NCBI GenBank assembly: GCA_947462815.1
Contig: CANHQR010000004.1
Span: 13,099-77,098, forward strand
DNA length: 64,000 bases
Origin: Pseudobdellovibrionaceae bacterium
GTDB lineage: Bacteria; Bdellovibrionota; Bdellovibrionia; Bdellovibrionales; JAMPXM01
Direction of reading: 5' to 3'
Shown here: positions 10,479 to 20,330 of the stretch, piece after piece
Layout: each line of letters begins with the position of its first letter
How positions within the stretch are numbered: position 1 is the first letter of the stretch
The notes under the pieces: generated by a model
What the model was told of the DNA's origin: nothing
The model's input: only the letters and a program-made list of their open reading frames with translations
Database searches by the model: none
Translations under genes and position numbers: made by a program

Positions 10479-11387
10479 ATGATCAAGCTTGCGTCTCCAC
10501 ATCGTCAGGGTCAGCTCTTGGTGCTGTGTGCCGGACTTTGTTTTGGATTCCTCGGCTTCTTCGGCGCGAAGGCCCAGCAGGCGGATGTGAAGATCGCCGA
10601 TCTGCTGGGACTCCGATTCCTTTTGGCGGGCGTGATCATGGGATTGATCTCGCTCATCGTCCATCCGAACGCATGGCGAACTTGGCCCAAGACGCAGATT
10701 CTCCTCGCTCTAGGTCTGGGTGCCGGCGGGTACGCGGTGTTCTCGATGTTCTACTTCACGAGTTTGCGTGGCTTGAGCTCCTCACTCGCGGTTTTGCTTC
10801 TCTACACTTATCCGTTGTTCGTGTTGATACTCGGCTACTTTCTACTCAACGAGCGCCCTCACAACAAACAGCTGTTGAGTTTGCCCCTCGCCCTCGGTGG
10901 TCTCGTGATGATTTTTTGGGGCGAGATTCGCGTCGAGAGCTTGAGCGCTTTCTCTTTCGGCTTAGGTTCAGGATTCCTCTATGCACTCTATATTCTCCTT
11001 TCGCGAAAGTATCTACGCACCGAATGGCTCGGCCCCGCTCTCAGCGTGATTCAGATGAGCGCAGGTGCTGCTCTGCTCTTGGCGAGTGAACTTCAAGGTG
11101 GCGCACAGATCGTACTCACCCTCAAGTTGGCATGGCTACCCGTCCTCGGCCTCACTTTGGTGTGTTCACTTCTCGCCATGGGTCTTTTCCAGTTGGGCCT
11201 GTCGCGACTTCCAGCCTGGGAGGCCAGCCTCATCGGTATGTCCGAGCCCCTCGCCGCAATGTGGATCGGCACGCTGCTTTTGAACGAAACTCTGTCGCCG
11301 CGGCAATGGCTGGGTGGAAGCCTCGCGCTCGCCGGCTTGGCGCTTCTGGCCTGGGCAAGCTCCCCATCCTCTCAACGACCCGGCTGA
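10479..11387 (+). CDS. EamA/DMT family transporter
   Basis: About 10 TM segments in two repeats; 'LRF', 'LLYTYP', 'SEP', 'LLNE'. Confidence 0.9.
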   Translation: MIKLASPHRQGQLLVLCAGLCFGFLGFFGAKAQQADVKIADLLGLRFLLAGVIMGLISLIVHPNAWRTWPKTQILLALGLGAGGYAVFSMFYFTSLRGLSSSLAVLLLYTYPLFVLILGYFLLNERPHNKQLLSLPLALGGLVMIFWGEIRVESLSAFSFGLGSGFLYALYILLSRKYLRTEWLGPALSVIQMSAGAALLLASELQGGAQIVLTLKLAWLPVLGLTLVCSLLAMGLFQLGLSRLPAWEASLIGMSEPLAAMWIGTLLLNETLSPRQWLGGSLALAGLALLAWASSPSSQRPG

Positions 11388-11536
11388 TCAGCGTCCAATT
11401 GTTGCTAAAATCGGAACAGTTAATTGAATTTGTTGCGACTTATCGAAATGCTCGTCTTACGAGACAATCGTGAAAGATCAAAGTCACCGACAAGAAGAGC
11501 TCGTGATCCGTCCCGAGACTGCAAGTGAGGCAGAAG

Positions 11537-12478
11537 ATGACGAAGAACAAACCGAACCACTCCCCCTCCCATTCTCGCTCCCATTCTCGCGAAGATGTGC
11601 GACAAATTGAATTCATCTTACCACCGACGGAACAGCACTGGGTTGGCGACGGCTTCTTCGTGCACACACTCATGCATCCTCATCCTCGATTAGTGGATCG
11701 GATCAGTCCTTTTCTTCTACTCGACTATGCTCCTCCCAGATCTTTCACACCCTCTCGTCATAGGCGCGGTGTGGGAGAACATCCCCATCGTGGCTTTGAA
11801 ACCGTGACCTTTGCCTATTCAGGAGAAGTCGAACACCGAGATTCTGCTGGAGGCGGAGGCAAGATCGAATCGGGCGATGTACAGTGGATGACGGCGGGCT
11901 CAGGCCTTGTTCACGAAGAAAAGTTCAGCCGCGATTTCAGTGATCAAGGTGGAGAGTTTGAGATGGTCCAACTCTGGGTCAATCTTCCCAAAGTCAAAAA
12001 GATGATGCCACCGCGATATCAAGCTCTTCAAGGTCGGCAATTTCCTCAGCTGACCTTGGGAAAAAGCGCCACGGGTCGACTGATCGCGGGCAAAGTCAGC
12101 CTCGACGGTCAGGAGCTAGAGGGACCCGCTTTGACAAACTCACCGATGCTGGTCATGGATTTACGCGCCCAGGAAGATGGCGGCGTTCAGTTCCCGGTGT
12201 CCAAATCGAGCAACACCTTACTCTTACTTCGCAAAGGTAAGCTCCGAGTTGGCGAAACAGAGGTTCCGGAAAAGAGCTTAGCCGTACTCAGCCTGAAGGC
12301 CGGTCAAGTACAACTGCATCTCAGCAAAGGCAGTGAGGTCCTGGTTCTCAGCGGTGAGCCTCTCGGCGAACCCGTTTTTGCCCATGGTCCCTTCGTCATG
12401 AACACGCGCGATGAGATCATTCAGGCGATGGAGGACTATCAGGCTGGACGCATGGGACATCTCGAAGAACGCGACTGA
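11537..12478 (+). CDS. pirin family protein
   Basis: 'VGDGF', 'PFLLLD', 'HPHRGFETVT', 'VQWMTAGSGLVHEE', 'QLWVNLP', 'GPFVMN'. Confidence 0.95.
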   Translation: MTKNKPNHSPSHSRSHSREDVRQIEFILPPTEQHWVGDGFFVHTLMHPHPRLVDRISPFLLLDYAPPRSFTPSRHRRGVGEHPHRGFETVTFAYSGEVEHRDSAGGGGKIESGDVQWMTAGSGLVHEEKFSRDFSDQGGEFEMVQLWVNLPKVKKMMPPRYQALQGRQFPQLTLGKSATGRLIAGKVSLDGQELEGPALTNSPMLVMDLRAQEDGGVQFPVSKSSNTLLLLRKGKLRVGETEVPEKSLAVLSLKAGQVQLHLSKGSEVLVLSGEPLGEPVFAHGPFVMNTRDEIIQAMEDYQAGRMGHLEERD

Positions 12479-12538
12479 TCCACTCACGCCTTCAAACGGA
12501 CGTGAATTCAAAATTATGAACGCTCTGCTTGCCTGACC

Positions 12539-13072
12539 TCAGACCGCAGCGTCGTTGGCGCCACAGCACTTTTTGTACTTTTTGCCGCTTCCGCAATGAC
12601 AAGGGTCGTTGCGGCCGAGCTTGGGCTGCTCGCGAACAACCGTTTCACGCACCGGGGCCTCTTGACCTTCATCGACGACATCTCCATCGATAAAGTACCA
12701 CTGACCATCCTCTTGGCGAAAACGCGAAATCTCTCGATGCGCGAACTCACGCCCCCCCATTGCGTAGTGAGCGACGAACTCCACGACACCCTCGGAATCG
12801 CTCGGACCGCCTTGCTCGGTACGGCGAATCTCGAGTCCCTTCCACTTTGATTCTTTCGCCCACTTGCGAGTCGCACCTGCATCGAAATCATGACGAGACT
12901 CCGGGGCCAGAGTCTTCCGGAGATAATCAATGTCCACGCGTGTGTAAGCCGTGTAGCGCGAGCGCATCAACGCCTCAGCTGTCGGTGGCCGACGCGCACC
13001 GCTGAGGTAAGGTCCGCAACAACTTTCAAAGTTTGTCGATGAATTTCCAGCTTGGCATGGGCAGTGAGTCAT
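12539..13072 (-). CDS. ychJ: YchJ family protein with SEC-C motifs
   Basis: N-terminal CPC...CC, '[13 protein letters not shown]', 'GVVEFVA', 'WYFIDG', C-terminal '[18 protein letters not shown]'. Confidence 0.92.
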   Translation of the reverse strand: MTHCPCQAGNSSTNFESCCGPYLSGARRPPTAEALMRSRYTAYTRVDIDYLRKTLAPESRHDFDAGATRKWAKESKWKGLEIRRTEQGGPSDSEGVVEFVAHYAMGGREFAHREISRFRQEDGQWYFIDGDVVDEGQEAPVRETVVREQPKLGRNDPCHCGSGKKYKKCCGANDAAV

Positions 13073-13199
13073 AGAGCCTCCGCAGGCATTTTCACGATGC
13101 TCGACAAGCTCCGTCAAGGTCTGAACAAGGCTCAAGCCCCTTGGAACTTAAGAATGGCGATTGCCGAACCTCCTCGTGCTGTCCTATTCTGTCGCTTCT

Positions 13200-14297
13200 A
13201 TGATCGAACTTATAGTGGTCGCGTTGTGCATTCTCTTGAACGCGATTTTAGCCGCTGTCGAGATGGCTTTTGTCACCATCAGTAAGCCTGAACTTCGTTT
13301 GCGCGCCCGCAAAGGCGACGCTCGTGCGGAGCAACTTCTCAAGCTTCGTGAAAATCCAGAGCGTGCCTTGTCGGTTATTCAAATCGGTATCACTTTTGTA
13401 GGTGCCGTTTCAGCGGCGGTCGGTGGCGCTGGGGCTCAAGAAAGTCTAGCGCCCTATTTTCAATCCGAGTGGTTTCTCTCAGAAGATTGGGCTGAGATTC
13501 TTGCGATCACCCTCGTGGTGATTCCACTGACCTACGCCAGTGTGGTTCTCGGCGAGCTGGTGCCCAAGACGATCGCGCTCCGCTACCCGGCCAAAGTTTT
13601 ACGCGTCGGAACTTACATTTTGATCATCGGAGCGCGAAGTTTGCGTCCAGCCGTCGCTGTTCTTGAGTCCTCGACTCACTTGATTACCTCGCTGATCTTC
13701 TCCAAGTCCAAGAAAGACATCGCCACCGCAAGCGAATCCGACTCCAACTCTGACGTCGATTTGGAATCTCTTTCGAGCACGCATCGGCAGTACGTTATGA
13801 ATCTCGTCAGCCTCGAGGGACGACGCGTGCGAGATGTGATGTTGCCGTGGAACGACGTGGACTATTGCCCTTGGGAATCCACGCTCGAGAACGTGCTCGA
13901 TCAAATCATCAACAGCGGACACACGCGCCTTCCCGTCGTCAGCTTCGAAACCGCCAATATCGACACCAAAAACGAAACTAAGATTGAGATCAAAGGCGTT
14001 TTGCACGCGAAAGAGCTCATGTCTTTTGCTGCCGCAGGGAACCAAGACTGGCGGAGTATTTTGCGAGCCGCACTCGTCAGTCAGCCCCAAGATGAGTTGC
14101 TCAATACGCTTCGCCGCATGCAAGAGCAGCGCAAACACATGTCGATCGTCGTACAAAACAGTCGACCCGTGGGAATCGTAACGCTCGAGGATATTCTTGA
14201 AGAAGTGATCGGCGATGTGTTTGACGAGGATGATGATGGTCTCGTCGACCGAATTCTCGCCCAACGAGCAAGCCAACGCGTGCCTCAGCGTCGTTGA
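13200..14297 (+). CDS. hemolysin/CNNM (DUF21 plus CBS pair) protein, TlyC/CorC-like
   Basis: 'E.AFV', 'QIGIT', 'GELVPK', 'SGHTRLPV', 'GIVTLEDILEEVIG'. Lacks the CorC_HlyC C-terminal domain. Confidence 0.9.
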   Translation: MIELIVVALCILLNAILAAVEMAFVTISKPELRLRARKGDARAEQLLKLRENPERALSVIQIGITFVGAVSAAVGGAGAQESLAPYFQSEWFLSEDWAEILAITLVVIPLTYASVVLGELVPKTIALRYPAKVLRVGTYILIIGARSLRPAVAVLESSTHLITSLIFSKSKKDIATASESDSNSDVDLESLSSTHRQYVMNLVSLEGRRVRDVMLPWNDVDYCPWESTLENVLDQIINSGHTRLPVVSFETANIDTKNETKIEIKGVLHAKELMSFAAAGNQDWRSILRAALVSQPQDELLNTLRRMQEQRKHMSIVVQNSRPVGIVTLEDILEEVIGDVFDEDDDGLVDRILAQRASQRVPQRR

Positions 14298-14343
14298 ACG
14301 GGGTCGTTGATCGGGGTCGTTGATCGGGGTCGTTGATCGGGTC
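14291..14343. repeat. 13-bp tandem repeat (tcgttgatcgggg) x4
   Basis: Read directly: tcgttgaacgggg tcgttgatcgggg tcgttgatcgggg tcgttgatcggg tc. It spans the CNNM stop codon and the convergent intergenic gap. Confidence 0.95.
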
Positions 14344-14359
14344 ACTCAAAGGCACGGAC

Positions 14360-15193
14360 TCAGTTTTCGGGGAGTCCCAGTTCGATCCTCAGCAGCTTCA
14401 AATCAAAGCTTGCTCCCCCATCATCTCCATCCACACTGAGCCAGAGGGCTGCCGCGGGTATGGGTCGCGTGAGCTTCCATTCCACATCAAAGTCTCCGGG
14501 CGGAGGCCGCAAACTCATGGCGCGCTCTCGAATCAACTCCGAATGGGGATGCACGCGCTGACGACCTACCCAGTCTTCGCGTGAGGCCATCATCAGGAAC
14601 TCAATTCGATCGATCCCTGCACCCTGAGGAGCTAAATCAAAGAGCTTTTTAACCCAATCGGCCGCGAGCCAACGTCTCGGCCCACTCAGGGTGAGTTGAC
14701 CTGGTACGACGAGTCCGACTCTCAGAAGAGAGTCTTCATCGAATTCCAGACTCGATCGTTGCGCGGCTTGCTGTTCTTCCCAACTCCCTCGCACTCGAAC
14801 TTTAGCGACCTGAAGCGGTTCAGGTAGCGCGTGAATGAGCGGCGAGGCCGAAGACCTGACTTTCACACGCAGCTCTTGATCAACAAACTCGACCTGATTG
14901 GCTTTGATTTTTTTGAATTGCAAACTCGTCCAGGCAGATTCCTGAAGAGGCACTTCTCGGCTCAGTTGCGGCGAGCTCACCGCTCCAGCTCCAGATCGTG
15001 CTGGCGAAATCCCTGAACTGGTTTCAACTTTTTTCGCCGCAATCTTCGATCCTGTTGCAGGGCGACTCGATGCCTCTGACGCATCTGACGCCGCCGCAAA
15101 CTCGATGGCGACTTGAACCATGATTCCAGCGGGGAGCAGAATGAGAAGATGCCTCAACCTTCGAAACACAATGGTCGATTTTCTGTCTTTCAC
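14360..15193 (-). CDS. secreted/periplasmic hypothetical protein (possibly DUF3047-like beta-sandwich)
   Basis: N-terminal hydrophobic signal, low-complexity linker, globular domain ending 'LWLSVDGDD'. Overlaps the acyl-CoA dehydrogenase stop. Confidence 0.65.
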   Translation of the reverse strand: MKDRKSTIVFRRLRHLLILLPAGIMVQVAIEFAAASDASEASSRPATGSKIAAKKVETSSGISPARSGAGAVSSPQLSREVPLQESAWTSLQFKKIKANQVEFVDQELRVKVRSSASPLIHALPEPLQVAKVRVRGSWEEQQAAQRSSLEFDEDSLLRVGLVVPGQLTLSGPRRWLAADWVKKLFDLAPQGAGIDRIEFLMMASREDWVGRQRVHPHSELIRERAMSLRPPPGDFDVEWKLTRPIPAAALWLSVDGDDGGASFDLKLLRIELGLPEN

Positions 15194-16746
15194 AGGACCC
15201 GCCAGTGTGTTCGCACGGCGAGTGCCAATAGCTCCGCAACAGCAAACAGCAGGTCTCGAGCTTGAGGCTCAAGCTGCGAGGGATCACTCGCCAGCAATTG
15301 TGTCCACTTCTGCATTTCGCCTCGTATCGACGCCTGGACGTCAGCGGCGTTCCCACTTCCTTTTCCGAGTTGCTTCTCCAAAAAGCGAAGCAGTACAGGT
15401 CCCGCCCCTTCTTTAGCGAGGGCCCTGACTAGGTCAAGAGCCAGCACATTTGTCGTTCCTTCCCAAATTGAGAACACCTGAGCGTCCCGCAACAACTTGG
15501 GTATTCCGGTGTCTTCAACGTAACCTGCCCCACCGAAAATCTCGACCACTTCGCTGACGATCTCCATGCATCGTTTCGCTGTGTAGGCCTTCACGATGGG
15601 AGTCATCGCTCGCAACAAAATGCGCTCTTCCTCCGTGCAGACGCCCACCTCTTCTCGCCCGAGTAAATGTGCGACGAAGAAGGTCAAATCAAAACATTTT
15701 TCAAACTCGCGTTCGAGCTTCGCCAGCGTCGAAGCATGCAAGGGATGTTCGCGAAGCTTTCGACCAAAAGCGATTCGCACATCCGAATAGACCTGGGCGA
15801 GATCAAGAGCCCGTCGCATGTGGGCCGTCGCACAAACTGAGTTGTAATAGCGAGTGATATTCAACAGGGCCGAGATTTTCTTAACTCCATGACCTTCGCC
15901 ACCGAGTAATTCTGCAGGTGCACCTGTGAGGCGCAACTCTGCCGTCGGCAGAGCTTTGGTGCCCAGCTTATCTTTCAAACGTAGGACTTCGATATCGCGA
16001 AGTTTTCCATTGGCCTGACGTAACTCTAGAGCGAAAAGCGACAAGCCCCGACTGCCCGCCTCCGCCCCCTCCGGCCTCGCGAGCAAGAGACTCATTTGCG
16101 AGTTCGTCGCAGACGTGAACCACTTTACACCCTCGAGCGTCCACGTCGAACCGACTCGTCTCGCGGTCGTAGAAGTTCCACTGACGTCGGAACCTCCGGA
16201 TCGCTCCGTCATCCATTGCCCAGATGTCCAGAAATTTGCCGGATCGCGCGAGATCAAATGACTCATCAAACGTCGCTTCTGATCTTCGCTTCCGTAAAGC
16301 TCTAAGGCCCGCGCCGCACCGTCTGTCATGGCTAATGGGCAAGAGACGAAAGCACTGGAGGCATGAAACAAGTAGAGCAAGCCGCCCTGAACGACGCGCG
16401 AATACTCACCCTGTTTTTTTTCGTAAGCCGTGGCGACAATTCCCTCGCGAGCGGCGACAGCTTCAAGCTCCCTCCATCCGCGACTCATCTGAATCTCATC
16501 GATTCGTCGGCCCCAAGCATCGAAAGCGATATGCCGAGGTAGCTCACGCTCTGCTAACTCGCTCAAAGACAACCACTCCGTGAGGGCCAACTGACCACAG
16601 CGTTGCCATTGAGATACAACGTCTTGGTAGATTTGAGCATCGAGCCGAGTGCGTAACGCCTCGGCCAACGTCACAAGTCGCCGATCACTTTGAAAAGCAT
16701 TGCTGAGATGTTCGACCAGACGAGGTGCAGATTGATAAAAATCCAT
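15190..16746 (-). CDS. acyl-CoA dehydrogenase (AidB/ACAD11-like)
   Basis: 'CPLAMTDG', 'GQWMTERSGGSDV', 'GVKWFTS', 'RLKDKLGT', 'GGAGYVED', 'IWEGTTNV'. Confidence 0.92.
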   Translation of the reverse strand: MDFYQSAPRLVEHLSNAFQSDRRLVTLAEALRTRLDAQIYQDVVSQWQRCGQLALTEWLSLSELAERELPRHIAFDAWGRRIDEIQMSRGWRELEAVAAREGIVATAYEKKQGEYSRVVQGGLLYLFHASSAFVSCPLAMTDGAARALELYGSEDQKRRLMSHLISRDPANFWTSGQWMTERSGGSDVSGTSTTARRVGSTWTLEGVKWFTSATNSQMSLLLARPEGAEAGSRGLSLFALELRQANGKLRDIEVLRLKDKLGTKALPTAELRLTGAPAELLGGEGHGVKKISALLNITRYYNSVCATAHMRRALDLAQVYSDVRIAFGRKLREHPLHASTLAKLEREFEKCFDLTFFVAHLLGREEVGVCTEEERILLRAMTPIVKAYTAKRCMEIVSEVVEIFGGAGYVEDTGIPKLLRDAQVFSIWEGTTNVLALDLVRALAKEGAGPVLLRFLEKQLGKGSGNAADVQASIRGEMQKWTQLLASDPSQLEPQARDLLFAVAELLALAVRTHWRVL

Positions 16747-16783
16747 GCATTCACGCTAGGGTGAAGGCCGTGCACGAGCAACC

Positions 16784-18361
16784 CTAGACTCCGGTACTTT
16801 CGCGTCGCACCCAGCCCTCCGCCCATCGCGCCAGCTGCACAAATGGCAAACCCAACAGGAAGTAGAGCCCAGCGACGAGAAGGCCCAAGCCTAAGTAATC
16901 AAAGGACGCCGAGGCCAACTGCCCGTAGGTCGACGTGAGCTCCACCATGGTGATCACCGAAACCAAAGAGGAGTCTTTGAGCAGGGCGATGAAGTCATTC
17001 GTCATCGGAGGTAAGACCAGCTTCGCGGCTTGAGGCCAAATGATATGTCTCAATCGTTGCCACAGGTTCATTCCCAAAGCCCGGGCGGCATCAACTTGCG
17101 CCCGAGGAACGGAGAGTACTCCCGCGCGGTAGTTCTCCGCCTCGCAAGCTCCATAATTCAAACCCAATCCAAGTACGGCGGCGACAAACGGCGAAAGCTC
17201 CACGCCGACTCGTGGCAGACCATAGAATATTAAAAACAACTGAATCAGAAGCGGCGTGCCGCGAAACACTTCGACAAATGCGACGGCTAACCAGCGAATT
17301 GGAGCTGGCCCATAGAGTCGCATGGTGCTCACCAAGACGCCGACGAACATCGCCAGCAACATGGAAATCAGTGAGATCTTCAGCGTCATCCAGGCTCCTC
17401 GAGCCAGCAACGGTGCGTACTTGGCGTAGCGAGCGACACGCTCCGACCAAGCTTGCTCGGATTCCAAACGGCGCAAATCCTCGAGGAATTTTTGATATTC
17501 GACCGGCGGATTTTTTGGCGAAGGAGATTGAGACCAGGCCTCAGCCGTCAAAGTGTTCCAGAGTCCCCATCGTTCCAAAATCCGACGAAGGCTTCCGTCT
17601 TCAATCATCGCTGTGAGAGCGACATCAACGTCTCCTGCAAGTTTCACATCATCGCGTCGTACAGCCACGCCATATTCCATGCGACCAATAGATTCGCCGA
17701 CGATCTTGAGTCGCGGATTGGTCTTGGCGTAATAGATGGCGATGGGCTCATCGAGGAACACGGCATCGAGCCGACCCCATGCAAGGTCTTGGTAAGCATG
17801 AAGCTCTTCGCTGTAGGTGACGACCTGCAGAGGAAAGCTCTGTTCGCCCAACATTCGCTGTGCCAAACTCCCTGCCAGAGTCCCGACGCGCTGACCTTGC
17901 AAATCCTCGAGTCGATTCACATTATCGATCTCTTTTCGCACCGCGATCACCTGGGAAGTGATGTAGTAAGGACGCGAGAAGCGAACAACGCGCGCGCGAT
18001 CATCAGTGATCTCCAGTCCGTTGACGATCAGATCGCAGTCGCCGCGCTTAAGCCCCTCGACCAAGCCTTCCCAATTGTTCTGACGAAATTCGATATCTCG
18101 ACCCAAACGCTGGGCGAGCTCTGCAACAATCTCGGCTTCAAAGCCCTTGATCCGCTGAGGCGCTTCTGGATCTTTGAAAGAAAACGGTGCACCACTTTCC
18201 GCATCGGCGCCCCAACCCAAAGTCGCTGGGCTCTTCAAGTCCAAGGCCTGCGCCTGTTCAGCAGAAAATCCGATCAAAAAAAGCACATAGACCAAGATAG
18301 CCAAATAACAAACTGGCGATAAGCGTTGAAGACTCTGCATTCGAAAACAAGCCAACTTCAT
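16784..18361 (-). CDS. polar amino acid ABC transporter, fused substrate-binding and permease domains
   Basis: SBP_bac_3-like N-terminal half followed by a HisM-type permease ('FRGTPLLIQL', 'LKDSSL'). Confidence 0.92.
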   Translation of the reverse strand: MKLACFRMQSLQRLSPVCYLAILVYVLFLIGFSAEQAQALDLKSPATLGWGADAESGAPFSFKDPEAPQRIKGFEAEIVAELAQRLGRDIEFRQNNWEGLVEGLKRGDCDLIVNGLEITDDRARVVRFSRPYYITSQVIAVRKEIDNVNRLEDLQGQRVGTLAGSLAQRMLGEQSFPLQVVTYSEELHAYQDLAWGRLDAVFLDEPIAIYYAKTNPRLKIVGESIGRMEYGVAVRRDDVKLAGDVDVALTAMIEDGSLRRILERWGLWNTLTAEAWSQSPSPKNPPVEYQKFLEDLRRLESEQAWSERVARYAKYAPLLARGAWMTLKISLISMLLAMFVGVLVSTMRLYGPAPIRWLAVAFVEVFRGTPLLIQLFLIFYGLPRVGVELSPFVAAVLGLGLNYGACEAENYRAGVLSVPRAQVDAARALGMNLWQRLRHIIWPQAAKLVLPPMTNDFIALLKDSSLVSVITMVELTSTYGQLASASFDYLGLGLLVAGLYFLLGLPFVQLARWAEGWVRRESTGV

Positions 18362-19119
18362 ACGAAATGCCTTAGAAACTTTTGCGTCAGTGGGTGCTGA
18401 GGGCTATTAAAGACTTGCTCAGGAGGCCCTTCTTCGACGATTCGCCCTGCGTTCATGACGCACACTCGGTCCGCAAAGCGTTCGGCGAATTTCAATTCAT
18501 GAGTCACCAAAATCTGTGTCGGTCGCGACTCACCTAGGCTGAGCTCCGACATGACGGCCAGAACCTCGCTGACCATTTCCGGATCCAGCGCACTCGTCGG
18601 TTCGTCATAAAGCATAACCTTAGGCGACATTGCGAGGGCTCGAGCGATCGCCCCTCGCTGCTGTTGGCCACCTGAAAGTTGCTGAGGATAGTGTTCAGCA
18701 AAATCCGCCAATCCGACTCGTCTCAACAGGATTTCAGCTCGTTCGCGGGCCAAATCGCGTGTGAGGCCCTGCACCACCATCGGCGCACGCATCAGATTTT
18801 CGCGAAGACTCATATGTGTAAAGAGATTGAAGCTTTGAAAAACCATTCCCACTTGCTGGCGCACGCGTAGAGCTCGACGTTCAAACTCTCGCTCGCCCAA
18901 ATCGCGCCAAGGCAAAAGATGTTCTCCGACAACTCCGACTTTTCCTTGATCGAAAGCTTGCAGTCCATTCAGACACCGCAGCAATGTGGATTTGCCACAT
19001 CCCGACGGTCCGATGATCGCGACACGTTCTCCCTCATTGACATAAAGCTCGGCTCGATCGAGGACTTGTCGACCGGACAGCTGGAGCTGCAAAGAGATCG
19101 CGCGCAGAAGCATCGCCAT
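18358..19119 (-). CDS. amino acid ABC transporter ATP-binding protein (GlnQ-like)
   Basis: GPSGCGKST, 'GMVFQSFNLF', LSGGQQQR, 'DEPTSALDPE'. Confidence 0.95.
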   Translation of the reverse strand: MAMLLRAISLQLQLSGRQVLDRAELYVNEGERVAIIGPSGCGKSTLLRCLNGLQAFDQGKVGVVGEHLLPWRDLGEREFERRALRVRQQVGMVFQSFNLFTHMSLRENLMRAPMVVQGLTRDLARERAEILLRRVGLADFAEHYPQQLSGGQQQRGAIARALAMSPKVMLYDEPTSALDPEMVSEVLAVMSELSLGESRPTQILVTHELKFAERFADRVCVMNAGRIVEEGPPEQVFNSPQHPLTQKFLRHFV

Positions 19120-19206
19120 AGCTCACTCTTTCAATGTCATCCTCTCAGGTCAATCCGGCCAGCAGCGCGGCGACTTGTCTTCTCCGTGTGCTCGTGATGG
19201 CCTAGG

Positions 19207-19791
19207 ATGATGTCGAACCCAAGCGCGCCCACCTTGAAATTCATGACGTCTAAACTTCTGCCGCTCAGCGTTCTTCTTCTTTTGATTGGGCTTCCTCTCG
19301 CGGGCGTTTTCTATACACCTGACGGGCGAGGTTGGAACACTTGGGGCCATCTCCCCCAAATTCGACTCGTGGGCAAAGAAGATCAAGATGGCCGCGTCCA
19401 CGCGCTGCTCGTCGCCAAGGTGATAGCGACACCTGCCTACGAATTTCCCATCGTTTCACTCGGCTTTCGCCGGCTGACTTATCTCACGCAAGCTGAGATC
19501 ATTGGCATCACACCGCCCAGCGATCCCGAAGTCGTCGGTCTTGAAACTCACGGTACACTTCAAAAGGGTGGTCGCTATCTTCTGCTGCTCAATTCAAACA
19601 ATGAAGTCTTCGATGGCCTTGAGTTGGAGAATGATGGACGCGTGCGTCTCATCGATGTGGAAATGAATCAGCGTCTTGCCGGTCAGCCGATCGGCGGCAT
19701 CGCCTACACGGATCCGATGAGTGTTGAAGAGGCTGCCGAAAAGCTATTGGGCCAAAAGTTTCCGCGTATTCCGACTCGATTTCACCCTTGA
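19207..19791 (+). CDS. hypothetical secreted/membrane-anchored protein
   Basis: 194-aa ORF filling the gap; N-terminal hydrophobic segment; no family recognised. Confidence 0.6.
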   Translation: MMSNPSAPTLKFMTSKLLPLSVLLLLIGLPLAGVFYTPDGRGWNTWGHLPQIRLVGKEDQDGRVHALLVAKVIATPAYEFPIVSLGFRRLTYLTQAEIIGITPPSDPEVVGLETHGTLQKGGRYLLLLNSNNEVFDGLELENDGRVRLIDVEMNQRLAGQPIGGIAYTDPMSVEEAAEKLLGQKFPRIPTRFHP

Positions 19792-19831
19792 GCTCTCGAC
19801 ATCACCCTGAGTATCGAAGTGGAGATCTTCT

Positions 19832-20260
19832 TCAATTCTGCAATGGTGCCAGCAGTTGCTTAACGGCCTCTAAAATGTCGGGATGATAGTTGAAGACTTT
19901 CTCGACTTCGGTTTCTGGAACCCAAACGACGCCTCGATGATACTGGGCATCCTGAACATCCGTGCGAAGCTGCTTTTCAAGATCGGCCGCATAGAACCAT
20001 GTTCGACAAGCGTAGGACTTTCCATCCCAGTTGAAGTCATATTCGCGAACGTATTCCGTCTCGAGTTTGACCCGAACAAGACAGCCGGTCTCCTCCAGGC
20101 ACTCACGCCTTGCGGCGGCCTCCCGACTCTCGCCGGGCTCGATTCCGCCACCCGGCAGGAATACGTAATTCACTTGTGTCGTCGGATCCGTAGCACGAAA
20201 GGCTAAAATCGAAGCTTGATGCCGAACCACGACAGTCACTCTCTCGCGCCAAAATTTCAC
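19832..20260 (-). CDS. NUDIX hydrolase
   Basis: Nudix box GGGIEPGESREAAARRECLEETG. Confidence 0.92.
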   Translation of the reverse strand: MKFWRERVTVVVRHQASILAFRATDPTTQVNYVFLPGGGIEPGESREAAARRECLEETGCLVRVKLETEYVREYDFNWDGKSYACRTWFYAADLEKQLRTDVQDAQYHRGVVWVPETEVEKVFNYHPDILEAVKQLLAPLQN

Positions 20261-20330
20261 GCTTTCCTCCGCCGTGCGCAGTTTTCCGACCGTAAGTCAT
20301 GAGTGGATCGTAGGTCCCACAAACAACAGG

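Noticed and set aside
14291-14343. possible CRISPR array
   Set aside because: The 13-bp units are contiguous with no spacers, and there are no cas genes.
13599-14345. 248-aa - strand ORF
   Set aside because: Antisense to the CNNM gene, and its start derives from the tandem repeat.
17453-18322. 289-aa + strand ORF
   Set aside because: Antisense shadow of the amino acid ABC fusion gene.
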